A stretch of 62,145 bases of DNA, filler included, from Basidiobolus ranarum (Eukaryota): the NCBI GenBank assembly GCA_040143965.1. It is 23 parts of 23 records of this genome, joined end to end, with 100 filler letters (N's around TTAATTAATTAA, not from the genome) between each part and the next. Parts side by side here need not be neighbours in the genome. Positions count along the whole stretch, not along the records: positions 35,250 to 37,853 come from JASJQH010003154.1; positions 37,954 to 40,556 come from JASJQH010003155.1; positions 40,657 to 43,257 come from JASJQH010003156.1; positions 43,358 to 45,957 come from JASJQH010003157.1; positions 46,058 to 48,656 come from JASJQH010003158.1; 18 more parts are not named here. One strand, 5' to 3'. Positions 35,250 to 46,924 of the stretch are shown here, piece by piece; the stretch's first letter is position 1; every line of letters starts with the position of its first letter. The notes under the pieces were generated by a model. The model saw only the letters and a list, made by a program, of their open reading frames with translations, was not told the DNA's origin and did not search any database. Position numbers and translations under genes: made by a program.

Positions 35250-35955
35250 AGATGGGGAATTAACAGTATGTAAGCCAAACATGAACAATATTTACCTGAT
35301 TCAGTGATTGCCAATTGTGTGCAAACACTACATGACTTCAGGTTTTTCAGATCACCAGTGAAAGCCAAACAACCTTTTGGACATGAAGGTAGTTTAATTA
35401 CTGAAGGATTATAAGTCATACAATTGACAAGCACTTTTCACTTATGCCAGGTCTGTGGCAAGCAACAGTTGTCAATCAACCGCGGTTAAAGTGTAAGAAA
35501 ACCAATAAACACCTGGTTGCTAAGATTGGATTGAACTATCCACTCCTCAATAATCAAAGCTACTTCCTTTACAGTGAGTGTTATCAGAGGACTAATGCTT
35601 GCTGATAACAAAGAGTCTGTAGCAAAACCATTTTCTTCTTCTTCAACTTCTAATATACTTCCATTGGTACTGGAATAATAAAGGTCAACATCTAGCAGCA
35701 AGTCCTCAGAGTTGTCAGGACTTACTGGTTCAACCAAAGTTGCATGTTGACCTACATCATTCTGGTCATGTAACTGTGGTAACTCCACAGTGTCTTGACT
35801 TTTGGCAGTGTTACCAAAACTTCAAGGCAAATCACAGTCAGTGGACTCAATGGGCAAAACTAAAGTCAGTTTAGTGTATTTATTTCTGTTGTTAAACACC
35901 AGGGTTTGTGCAGCTGGTGGCTTTGGACTTATTCTCTGTGATAGTGCTAGATTGT
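35250..35955 (-). mobile_element. CMC transposase N-terminal fragment
   Basis: Near-identical to 32546-33130 (SCPKGCLAFTGDLKNLKSCSVC). Confidence 0.82.
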
Positions 35956-36307
35956 TGATCAAAGTGTTTAGGGGATTTGGAAGTGTTTTGGACAAGATTT
36001 GGATTTGTGAATTAGACACTTAAGTTTTATTGAATTGAATATGTCCTATTTATAGTTTACTATGAAATAGGACTATTGGATGTGCTTAGATCATAATAAA
36101 TATGCCTGTTGAGCATAGGTGAAAATTTGAGTTGATTTGGAGAAGTTTTGTGAAAATAGTGAAAATTGGTAAATGTGATCTAATTGATATTTCTATCAAT
36201 TAGAGCAATACACACACGTTTTTGAATGACAGAATTGAGTGCTAAATAATCTGAATATGAATAAACAAACTACTAAGTAATGAGTTGCTATTTACCTGAT
36301 TTTGATA
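35956..36307 (-). repeat. LTR-B with unrelated flanks
   Basis: Aligns with 6232-6536 and 38557-38908. Confidence 0.9.
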
Positions 36308-37740
36308 GGGTGTACTTTCTGGCCAGTAAGACTGATGCCTTTGATACCTTCAAGATATTCAAAGCAATGGTGGAGACTGAAACAGGTCTAAAGATTAAGA
36401 TTATCTGCACTGATGATGGAGTGGAATAAACATAAAAACTTATCTCTAACTTCTACTCAAGACATGGGATAAAACAGCACACTATGGTGCCATATTCTCA
36501 CAGCAGAAAGGATTAGCAGAATGTGCAATTGAATCAATAATGGAACAGGCAAGATCAATGCTTCTTGATCCATATGTACCAAAACAGTTCTGGGCTGAAT
36601 TGGTTGCATCACTAGTATGAATCAGGAGCAAAGGCCCTTCTAGGTCTCTCATGGCTTAGACACCTTATCAAGCTTGGTATGGAAGTAAGCCAGATGTGGC
36701 TAATCTCAGAGTTCTTGGAAGTACCTTATGCAATGATTCCAAATCAGAAGAGATCAAAATCAGACCAAAAAAGCAAGAAATGTCTTTTTTTGGGATATTG
36801 TGATGGAACAAACAAGTTTAGACTATATGACACTGAAAATGATCAGCTAATTAAGTTAAGGGACATGGAATTTGCTGAAGAAGAGATATTTCAATCAAAA
36901 CAATCTGGGATCAAGAAAAACAACTGAAAATTGATGAAAATACTTCTTTGTCTCACCAGATCCTAATCAGCAAGAAAAACATTGAGAATTCTTCACCTGC
37001 AGTCTCATCAACCAAAGGCTGAGGTGGTTTTGTTGCCTCAATTGGTGCCAGAAGTTGTAGTGCCAATATCACATCTTAGGATATCTAATCAGATGAGATC
37101 TCTGCAAGATAACTACTCTTACAGTAGCCAAAAGGCATGCAGTACTAATTTAGCTGTTTCTGATGAACCCAAATCAATACAAGAAGCTATGGAGAGTCAC
37201 AACACAGCACTTGGGAGTACTGCAATTGCAGATGAGTATCTGTCACCTACACATAACCACATTTGGACTATGGCTAAGTTATCTGATGACCAAAAACAAT
37301 TGGATGCAAATGGGAGTTTGAAGTTAAACAGCAAGCTGATGGATGTGTAGAAAAATATAGAGCCAGACTTGGTACCAAAGGATACTCTCAAATGGAAGGA
37401 GTGGATTATATTGAAACATTTGCTCCTATAGCAAACTTTAATTCCATCAAAACCATACTAGCAATAGCCACAGAGCACAGCTTAAAAATCCATTGAATGG
37501 ATGTCAAAACTACTTGTTTGAATGGGAACTTGGAAGAGGATATAACAAGGATCAACCAGATGATTATGTGGATCTTGAGCATCCTGAGGACTTGTGTAAG
37601 CTTTGAAATCACTTTATGGACCTAAACAATCACTCAGGGCCTAATACACTAAGAGAGCCACATTCTTGAATTCACTTAACTTCTAAAAGAGTACAGTTGA
37701 TTTTGTGATATACTCAAAGACAGATAATGGCAGTAAGGTA
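36308..37740 (+). mobile_element. Degenerate copia integrase-RT
   Basis: TDDGVE, FWAELV, KCLFLGY, EPKSIQEAM, DYIETFAP, MDVKT. Confidence 0.9.
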
Positions 37741-37853
37741 ATCCAATTGCTTCAGTTAAAGCGAATCCTAAAATTGTATAACTGAATAATTGAGCTTTAA
37801 GAGAAGGGTTTCTTGAAGTTGAGTTAATTAAAGCTGCGAATACTAAACCTACT
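37741..37853 (-). other. atp9: Mitochondrial-type ATP synthase subunit c fragment (NUMT or chimeric contig end)
   Basis: Translates [37 protein letters not shown], with the RNP loop and the essential Glu; AT-rich codons. Confidence 0.92.
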
Positions 37854-37953
37854 NNNNNNNNNNNNNNNNNNNNNNNNNNNNNNNNNNNNNNNNNNNNTTA
37901 ATTAATTAANNNNNNNNNNNNNNNNNNNNNNNNNNNNNNNNNNNNNNNNNNNN

Positions 37954-38908
37954 ATCTCCTTAATTCTTCATTCAAAAGCCTACCACTAACATATTCCATT
38001 GTTAATGGCTCTGATCTTGATTCTAGGGCAATTATGAGGTTCCCACACTCATCTGGCAGGCTCCCAAGTAGTGTCATGACCAAGTCATCTTCATTTAGAG
38101 GTGCTCCAATGGATGAGAGCCTATCTGCCATAGTTTTTTTCCGATTAATATGATTAAGCATAGAATCATCAGGTTTTGTCAGAATTGAGAGCAATTTTTG
38201 CCTAAGATATAGCCTATTAGCCAGACTTTTAGTCTAATATAGTCCCTCAAGTGTTTCCCAAGCATTTTTGATATTTTGGCTGATTGTATATGCCTCAATT
38301 GAGAATCTCAGAGATGCAGACAAAGTGTAGAGAGTGCTTTCCTCTGCTTCTTGCAAAAGACCAGGATAGCTTCTGGTGGTCCCTTTGGCCCTATTTCTTC
38401 TGTAACAAATCCCAAAGGTCCTTGTCTTCTAGCACCATTTGCATCTTGAACTTCCAAAGGTTAAAGTCTTTGCCAACAAACTTCTCTGTAGATGCAAAAA
38501 CATTGGTAATAGTACTGGTAGACATTCCTTTAGCAGCTATCATGGGGCTCATAACCTGATAAAAGCGTTTGCGGGATTTGGAAGTGTTTTGGGAAAGATT
38601 TGGATTTGTGAATTAGACACCCAAGTTTTATGCAATTGAATATATCCTATTTATAGTTTACTATGAAATAGAACTATTGGACATGCATAGATCAGAACAA
38701 ACATGCTTGTTAAGCATGGGTGAAAATTTGAGGTGATTTGGGGAAGTTTTGAGAAAATAGTGAAAATTGGTAAAAGTGCTCTAATTGACATTTCTGTCAA
38801 TTAGAGCAATAAACACACGTTTTTGAATGACAGAATTGAGTACTAAATAATTGGAACATGAATAAACTAACTACTAAATAATGAGTTGCTATTCACCTAA
38901 TTTCAACA
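37954..38908 (-). mobile_element. Copia family B 5' end: LTR-B 38557-38908, PBS 38544-38556, gag from 38552
   Basis: GGTTATGAGCCCC directly after the LTR CA; gag LWKFKMQMVLEDKDLW, LLGSLPDE, ALESRS. Confidence 0.93.
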
Positions 38909-39750
38909 GAATCAACCCCAATGGCACCCAATGGAAAATTAACCAATATCTCGTCCAATTTGGCCCCATAAGACTTAAGTCAAAACTAGGAGTTCCCTTA
39001 TTAATCTATGGTGGGTAGATTAATGCACAAAATTGTTGAAACATGTCCAGACATTGCTGTGACAGTGGGAACTGACTGCCAATATCTCAAAAATTGTGGA
39101 TCTGAGCACATAACTGCAGTAAAACAAATAATCAGATATTGCAGAGGAACTCTAGATCTAGCTCTAGAATACTCTGGCACTCCTGAGGCACAAGATTCTG
39201 AAAACTACATTGATGCATACTGGGGAAGAAATCATGATGATAGAAGACTAACAACTGGGTACACTTCTCTCTGTGGTTATGGAGCCATAACTTGGAACAG
39301 TAAGAAACAACCAAAAATAGCACTTTTCACCACAAAAGTGGATTGATGGCTGCCGCTGCTACTACACAAGAAGTTTTGTGGTTAAGGGAGTGGTTTACTG
39401 AGTGGGTATATATGCAGAAATGTGCTATAGCTGTATTTGAAGATACTCAAAGTTGTACTTCATAAGCTAAAAGCCCTACATTTCATGCTAGAAAAAGATA
39501 TTGATAGTAAGCATTACTTTGTTGGAAAAGCAGTAGAGAATGATAAATATAGACCTTGTCTATTGCCTCACTGAAGAAATGATTGTGGATACATTAACCA
39601 AATCTTTAGTTTTAGCAAAATTTGAATTATTAAGAAGTGAGTGAGGTTTAAGAGAAATACAAAATAATTAGTTGAGTGGGAATGCTGAAGTTAGGTAAAT
39701 AGCAACTTGCTATTTAACAGTTAGTTTACTTCATATTCTAATTATTTGAT
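38909..39750 (+). mobile_element. Copia family B RT/RNase H, PPT and start of 3' LTR-B (39683-~39750)
   Basis: CPDIA, DRRLTTGY, ITWNSKKQ; GTTGAGTGGGAA followed by TGCTGAAGTTAGG. Confidence 0.9.
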
Positions 39751-40556
39751 ATTGATCAATTTTTGCAGTTTCCAAGATCTTAAACCAGTCAGCATCAGTG
39801 CAAGTGACAGCAGCTTGGACATTTGCAGTGTCTTGGCTTGCTGGCTTTCCAATGAGATTCCTTCTATCATGTGCACAGGCAATATTGGTTCATTTTGCAG
39901 GCTTTCATGTGCCCAAGCAATTTTGGGTCATTGTGTAGGCTTAATGGTCCGACACATATTCTGCTCTGATAGATTGTAACAGTGATGCTCATATATATGG
40001 TGTGGGATTGATTGAAAACCCTTATGAGATTTGACAGAGGGAGCAGCATGGAGTTGTAGCTCAAGTGCAGGATTCTGAAGATCTATTCTCATTGTTGAGT
40101 AACTATCCTCTTATAAAAATTTAATTTGTATGATCCCAATAGGATCCACTCAGATGGATTGCAAAATTGTTAGAGAACCATCACATTATTAGTGGTTTGC
40201 ATTCTGCCAGGGATTTTGATGGTTGCATGGCAGCTTCTTGATGGTATTTTGATAGTATTAATACATGGTAAAATATTGTTCCCCATAATAGGAATGCATT
40301 ATTTCATTTCCAACAATATTTGCAAATAGCACAATTTTTAATGGCAAATAACTGGGTTTACTGCTGCAAAAATTAAAATTAATATGCATGCCTTTATTCA
40401 GTTATTCTAGGCTCTGTATTCCAGCCATAATGAGAGTCACAAATACAACAATCTTGTTGTGTTTAGTCTCTACATATGCATATATTTGACTGATTAGACA
40501 TAACTCAACAACTTCAATATGCTTTACCAGCAAACTAATAGTGCAAAAATTGCTAA
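39751..40556 (-). mobile_element. Diverged CMC pieces: accessory-ORF fragment (~39750-40107) and right end with transposase C-terminus (~40108-40556)
   Basis: Similar to 22720-22990 and to 34974-35149/43400-43600. Confidence 0.75.
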
Positions 40557-40809
40557 NNNNNNNNNNNNNNNNNNNNNNNNNNNNNNNNNNNNNNNNNNNN
40601 TTAATTAATTAANNNNNNNNNNNNNNNNNNNNNNNNNNNNNNNNNNNNNNNNNNNNATTCAACTTCAACCACCACCCTAAGACAATATCGTTTGTTGTGA
40701 AGAATGAGAAGAAGGAGAGAGCTTAATATTCTCACCACTTCTCCACATACTCACTTCAGGCAATATCTAATATGGTTATTATAAGCTTTTGGAGGAAGAA
40801 AAAATACGC

Positions 40810-40882
40810 GCCCGGATAGCTCAGTCGGTAGAGCATGAGACTTTTAATCTTAGGGTCGGGGGTTCGAGCCCCCCTTTGGGCG
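40810..40882 (+). tRNA. tRNA-Lys(TTT)
   Basis: Cloverleaf; anticodon arm TGAGA-CT-TTT-AA-TCTTA; GTTCGAG T-loop; T-run terminator. Confidence 0.96.
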
Positions 40883-41210
40883 TTACCTTTTTTTTACTTT
40901 GGGATTGTGGGAATCTCCTTGCAGCCTGCCTTGCTATGAGAGACTATCTCTACCTCAATGATTCTCTCCCATCAAATCATGCGCCTCTCATCTCATCTTG
41001 GCATGAGCTTTCTCCATTTTTAAATGTGCTGCCTGCCTGCCAAAACCTATGGGGAAAATGTGGAATAGCTTGTGGGCTAGGGGCCATGCTACAACTCCTA
41101 TAGGATACAATAACAACAATGATGCCGTCGGCTTTTTATAGGCATAAGTAGACCTCGAGCTATATCAAAAATCTCCAATCTGTTGGTTGAGCTAAGTAAA
41201 AAAGTATACT

Positions 41211-41284
41211 TGCTCACAGCAGGGGTCGAACCTGCGGCCTTGGCGTTATTAGCACCACGCTCTAACCAACTGAGCTATGCGAGC
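41211..41284 (-). tRNA. tRNA-Ile(AAT)
   Basis: GCTCGCATAGCTCAGTTGGTTAGAGCGTGGTG-CT-AAT-AA-CGCC...GGTTCGAC...GTGAGCA, followed by TTTTTT. Confidence 0.96.
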
Positions 41285-41289
41285 AAATC

Positions 41290-41371
41290 CGACAACAGCA
41301 GGATTTGAACCTGCGCGGGCAGAGCCCATATGATTTCTAGTCATACGCCTTAACCACTCGGCCATGTTGTC
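41290..41371 (-). tRNA. tRNA-Ser(AGA)
   Basis: GACAACATGGCCGAGTGGTTAAGGCG-TATGA-CT-AGA-AA-TCATA, long variable arm, GGTTCAAATC, G discriminator. Confidence 0.96.
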
Positions 41372-41596
41372 TAATACAGATGGTCACCCATTTTTAGAAA
41401 CAAATTTGTCTTCCTGAAAGGCTGTCATACTCTTCCTCGTCAGAGCTGTCCTCCTGACTAGTAGTTCACTATACGTTACCTTACCTTGGCTTTTTGCGTA
41501 GTAATTTCTTGTCCTGCCGCTGCATTGATCCCTTTTCAGTCAGTGTTCCTCTCTAATTAATATTATAAATTGGCTTTTATGTAGCACAAACAGATA

Positions 41597-41668
41597 AGCA
41601 GCGTGGCGCAGAGGAAGCGCGCGGGGCTCATAACCCCGAGGTCGGAGGATCGAAACCTCTCGCTGCTA
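41597..41668 (+). tRNA. Initiator tRNA-Met(CAT)
   Basis: A1-T72 pair, consecutive G-C pairs in the anticodon stem, GATCGAAA T-loop (A54/A60): eukaryotic initiator features. Confidence 0.97.
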
Positions 41669-42599
41669 TCTTTTGCTTGCTTTAAAAAATCCATATTGAT
41701 GAAGTTCTCCACTTCTTTTCTTGATCGTTGCAGATGCCCTTTTTTAACGCATATTCTAACAAGCTTACTAACTACCTCTCAGGCTAGGCTATTCTCCAAA
41801 AGAAAATCGAAAAATGTCTTTTTTCGTAAAGCCTTTTCTTAGGTTTTTGCGGTAGGTGTGTGTAGTGTAGACTTACTGAACAGTCATTTCTCTCCTCATC
41901 GTTCAGAGTAAATGCTGACTTCAGCGGTGCTGGATTTCCAAAATCTAAGCCTGGCTTAGTTTGGGAGTGTAACGATTCGATTCGATTCCATTTCATTTCG
42001 TTTTGTTTCGTTCCTCTTTGTTTTCTTAATCCTCTCTCACAACTGTCAGTTTTTTGTTCGAATATTTCCTGCTTGAATCAGGATCTGTGTTGTATATTTC
42101 TTAGCCAGTTTACGCCTGAAAAATAATTGAAACAAAATTTTAAATAGACGCAAGGATATTTATTTTACTGTTTGAGGCTTAGGGTTACTGGAAACTATAC
42201 TTATTACTGTCATTTTCGCACCCAAAATGATCAAATAAAAATCGAGAATTTTTCCAGCATTCCAGTAATCGTACTCACAGCATTTAGCACATTCGGAGAG
42301 GGCCTCGTGGAGTCGAACATCAGTCCACAAATACCGCCAACCCCAAAGAGCTCCACTACGCTAAAGCTCTTGCTTATGGATAGTTAGTGCCTCACTTCAC
42401 GATATACCAATAGGTTCTCTTTCAAGTATACACATTGTTGAAAGCGTCTAGATCTCCCTTACTTTCAAGAGCAACTTTGTGTACTATATGGAGCTGGTTG
42501 GTTAGCTGGGTGGGTGAGTGGATTACAGTGTAAAGCTCTATTGTGAACTTGACAAATTCTCTCAGAATTATATCGTTTTCCCTGATAGCTGTTATATTC

Positions 42600-42671
42600 T
42601 CCTCATTGGTCCAGTGGTTAGGATTTCTCGCTTTCACCGAGACGGCCGGGGTTCGATTCCCCGATGGGGAA
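42600..42671 (+). tRNA. tRNA-Glu(TTC)
   Basis: TCCTCAT...TCTCG-CT-TTC-AC-CGAGA...GGTTCGATTC...ATGGGGA-A. Confidence 0.95.
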
Positions 42672-43036
42672 TATAACTTTTAGCATGTTCACCAAATGAA
42701 CACCACATGCGTGTAAGACTGCTCAACCTGGGCACTTATCTGAACAGCAAGCAAGCAAGTCCAAAAATAGCATGGGTGTTTGTTAGCTAAGAAGTACTTT
42801 TCCCTGATTCTTAACAAGTCCATGCATTAAGTGAGGCAGATATCTCCTACTTTTTCCACACCGGGGTTGGCACTCTTTCTCCTGTCTGACCACATTAATC
42901 CTAACCCAGAAGCAGAACGTCACAAAGAGCAGTCCCTAACCCTAACCATTTGGTCAGAATGTGTATGTGATGTGATGTATATCATACTGTTAGAATAAAT
43001 CAACATATTTTTTCCCCATATACAACCCTCATCAAT

Positions 43037-43109
43037 GCTTCCTTAGCGCAGTTGGCAGCGCGTTAGTCTCATAATCTGAAGGTCGCCAGTTCGATCCTGG
43101 CAGGGAGCA
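43037..43109 (+). tRNA. Elongator tRNA-Met(CAT)
   Basis: GCTTCCTTAGCGCAGTTGGCAGCGCG..CT-CAT-AA..GTTCGATC..GGGAGCA; G1-C72 and standard TTC loop. Confidence 0.94.
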
Positions 43110-43357
43110 ATTTTGCTCAACCGAGCTAGCACACTGGAGGGTGTACTTAACGTACTAGCAGCTGTTACCCCCCTCCCTCGCTCTCAATGGTATGCTGTAC
43201 TCTATCAAATGGCTTCATTATGACTGAGCAAAGACCTGTCTGTTTTATTTTCGATCCNNNNNNNNNNNNNNNNNNNNNNNNNNNNNNNNNNNNNNNNNNN
43301 NTTAATTAATTAANNNNNNNNNNNNNNNNNNNNNNNNNNNNNNNNNNNNNNNNNNNN

Positions 43358-44609
43358 GCTATTTGCCAAGTGTCAGTGCTATTCAAAATTTCAGATGTTT
43401 AGCAATTTTTCCACCATTAGTTTGCTGGTAAAGCATATTGATGTTGTTGAGTTGTGTCTAATCAGTCAGATATGTGCATATGTAGAGACTAAACACAATG
43501 AGATTCTTGTATTTTTTGATTCTCATTATGGCTGGAATACAAGGCCTAAAATATCTAAATAAAGACATGCCTATTAATTCAAATTCCTACAGCAGTAAAC
43601 CCAGTATCTTGCTTATAGATAGCTTCTTGGAGCCTTTGATTGTGGAATTTGAACAGTTATCTAATGGGGTTCAGATGGATGAATATTTTATTAAAGCTAA
43701 TATTGTTGTATGTACTGGTGACACTCCTGCCATCAGCAAACTTGGAGGTTTTTGTGCGCACAAAGCACCTTCTCAATGTGCTCATGGGTTTTCTCATTGT
43801 TTGAGCACAATAATAGTAACAAAGCCCAATCCATGGACACAGAGTAAGTACCTCTATTATTTGGACTAATTTGTTTAGGTAATAATCTGATGGTATTTCT
43901 GGGAAAGCTGCAAGACAGCCTTCTTGATGAAATAGATTGAGATGCACAGTGTTATTGTTTTGGCCATGAGGTAATATATCCAAGCAATGACACACTTACT
44001 TACTGTGGTTGGACATTGGTTGACTGCATGTCAGAGATGTATTGGCTGAATTCTTTATGGATATTTGCCAAAATCCAAGAGCTTATTCTCATTGTGAATG
44101 GTAACAAGAGTCAGCTACTTGGCAAGCGTCCATGCTATTCAAAATTTCAGATGTTTAGCAATTTTTCAACCATTATTTTGCTGGTAAAGCATTTTGATGT
44201 TGTTGAGCTATGTCTGATCAATCATGTATGTGTATATGTAGAGACTAACAATATACATAACAAGGTTCTTGTATTTTTTGATTCCAATTATGGCTAGAAT
44301 ACAAGGCCAAAAACATCTAAATAAAGACATGCCTATTAATTCAAATTCCTACAGCAGTAAACCCAGTAACTTGCTATTTAAAAACTATATTTTTGCAAAA
44401 ATTGCCTGAAATGAATAACCCTTGCCAAATACAAGGATCAATATTTTAACATGTATGAATACCATGATAATACTGTCAAGAAACTGCCATCACACCATCA
44501 AAATCCCTGGCAGAATGCAAGCCCTCAAAATTGTGATGGTTCTCTGATGCTTTTGCACTTTAGAAGGGTGAACCTGATCCGGATCAAATAGATATTATTT
44601 TTATTAAGG
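43358..44609 (+). mobile_element. Two juxtaposed CMC 3' parts: transposase C-terminus, an internally deleted catalytic segment, and a right end
   Basis: DSFLEPLIVEFEQLSNGV...VVCTGDTPAISKLGGFCAH is a Tnp2/Transposase_21-type motif. 43358-43612 is repeated at ~44115-44375. Confidence 0.85.
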
Positions 44610-44692
44610 TGAATAGTGCATTGTGCCCACAAAAACTTCCAAGTTTACTGATGGCAGAAGTGTGAACTACACATAGAATAATATTAGCTTTA

Positions 44693-45957
44693 CCCTAACA
44701 GAAATTTGAGGATCATTATTGTAGGAAAAGCATCACAATTTTAATACATTTGGGATTGACCATTTACTTACCATCATAAAATCCTCAAGTTAGATTTGAT
44801 TTTAAACAGTTTTTTCAGTTTCAGGAGAGAAATATCAAGATCTTGCAAAATAGCCACACTTGATTGGTACAATATCTCAGAACTATGGATCAACACATGT
44901 GTAACAAACATAACTCAAATTTTACACATTTACCACTTGAAGGCTAGTTTGTAACCTTCAGAATTCCTAGTTACTTTGTTATATTCTCCTGAATATTTTT
45001 ATAGAGTTCTTCATACCCAAAGTTTAGCTCATATACAACACAAGTTTGTATTAACATCTTCATCAAAGCCCACCATTGTATTAATGTTGTGGAATCAACA
45101 TTCTTCCAGCTATCAGGTGGATACTCTGCAATAGTGTTTCACTCTGCATTAAGTTCTTCCCAGATATCTACACAGTCAACACCCAACTGAATGTCAAGTT
45201 CAATGTTCTTCTTCTGAAGCCACTTTCCATATATTTGCACTGCATTTTTTCATTCATACTTTTAAAATACTCATCAAGCACTTTGACCATTTTTGTACAT
45301 CCTTTTAGTGAGACACTACTGAGGGTGCTTTGTAGTGTTTGAGTGGCTTTTGGCTTGCCTTTGACTTTGGTGCTAATTTCAACACTTTGAAAAGTACCAG
45401 TTGAGGCTGGAGAGCTGTGAGCTTTATTTGCTGAAGTTGTAGCTTGTTTAGAGATGGCAGGTGTTGGATAAACTCCCAAATTTAGCACTCTTCCAACTGG
45501 TGTACCAGGTTCCATGGTGAAATTAAACTTTTTTGTTAGTATATCTGACTCTGGAAATGCAGATCTTCATAATGGTGTGAGGAATCAGGTAAGTGGGACA
45601 GCAGAGCCTAAACTTACTGGCTCCTTTGCTTTGCCCTTGGGTTTACTAACTTCCTGCTCCTTGAGTACATCTTTAGCTGCTTTTGTTTCTTTTCCAAGTC
45701 AATAATTGTGTGCATTTTTGAGAGGTTCCATGAGTAGGCCTATACTAGCCTATTTGCCATTTGCTAGCAAGAACCCAGGATGAGTTACATGAAATAAGTC
45801 AAAAACCTTCAGAGTAACACCTGGTTTTTGGTTTTTCCACAATTGGCTCAAATCCAGGTGATTTTGGGCAAGATTCCACACAGTTTCCAAAATGTTAAAC
45901 CACTCATCATCAGAGCAAGTGATGGCAGCTCTGACATTCAGAGTCTTTTGGTTTGCT
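44693..45957 (-). mobile_element. CMC left end (CCCTAACAGAAAT at 44693) and accessory ORF on the minus strand
   Basis: Homologous to 22935-24170. Confidence 0.87.
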
Positions 45958-46057
45958 NNNNNNNNNNNNNNNNNNNNNNNNNNNNNNNNNNNNNNNNNNN
46001 NTTAATTAATTAANNNNNNNNNNNNNNNNNNNNNNNNNNNNNNNNNNNNNNNNNNNN

Positions 46058-46660
46058 TTCTACCAAAATGTATAAATGCTTAATTTCTGGTCAATAAATA
46101 ATTATCTCACAAAGCTATTCACAACTCCACTTTTCTAAAGTTCCTCCAAACAGCCCATATTTTCCCAAAAGTTTAGTCTATACATATGCACATACTTGAC
46201 TGATTAGACATAACTCAAGAACATCAATATACTTTACCAGCAAACTAACAGTGGAAAAATTGCTAAGCATCTGAAATTTTGAATAGCACTGACACTTGGC
46301 AAATAGCTGATTCTTGTTACCATTCACAATGACAGTAAGCTCTTGGATTTTGGCAAATTTCCATAGAGAATTCAGCCAATATATCCCCAACTTGCAGTCA
46401 GCAAATGTCCTGCCACAAGTAGATGTGTCATTGCTTGAATAGTTTACCTCATGGCTAAGACAATAATACTGCATATCTTGACCTATCTCATCAAGAAGTC
46501 TGTCTTGCAGCTTTCCTGAAACTACCATCAGATTATCACACAAACAAATTAGTCCAAATTAAAGAGGTACTTACTCTAAGTCCATGGATTGGGCTTTGTT
46601 GCTTTTATTGTGCTCCAACAATGCAAAAACCCACGAGCACATTGAAAAGAGCCCTTTGTT
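46058..46660. mobile_element. Partial LTR-D (+, 46058-46170) inserted into a CMC transposase C-terminal region (-, 46171-46660)
   Basis: ORF 46178-46543 matches 43860-44250. Confidence 0.82.
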
Positions 46661-46776
46661 GCAAGTTTAATATACTTTGAAGTCTCCTTAACCTATTGCA
46701 TTACATCCATGATTGATTTTGCTAATACATTGTTAATCAGATTAGCATATGGTAATACTAACTATCACCTGGAGCT

Positions 46777-46924
46777 TATGGCCCAGGAGGCGGAGCAGGA
46801 GGTAATGGTGGTGGTTCCGGTGGTAATGGCGGAGGAGCTGGAGCGTGTTCTGAAGGGAGTGGGGCTGGGGGAGAGGGAGGCAGTGCAGGGTTATATAAGA
46901 GATTCTTTAGTTGATTGGAGTCAC
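46777..46924 (-). other. Possible terminal exon encoding a proline-rich tail (uncertain)
   Basis: TTTAG acceptor, then GDSNQLKNLLYNPALPPSPPAPLPSEHAPAPPPLPPEPPPLPPAPPPGP*. No convincing upstream exon. Confidence 0.35.

Noticed and set aside
41975-42015. Degenerate pentamer run (ATTCG/ATTTC/GTTTC); also GGTGA/GGTAA at ~16685-16706
   Set aside because: Ordinary short microsatellites.
40789-42637. ORFs 40789-41103, 41603-41842 and 42422-42637
   Set aside because: They overlap tRNA genes and are spurious.
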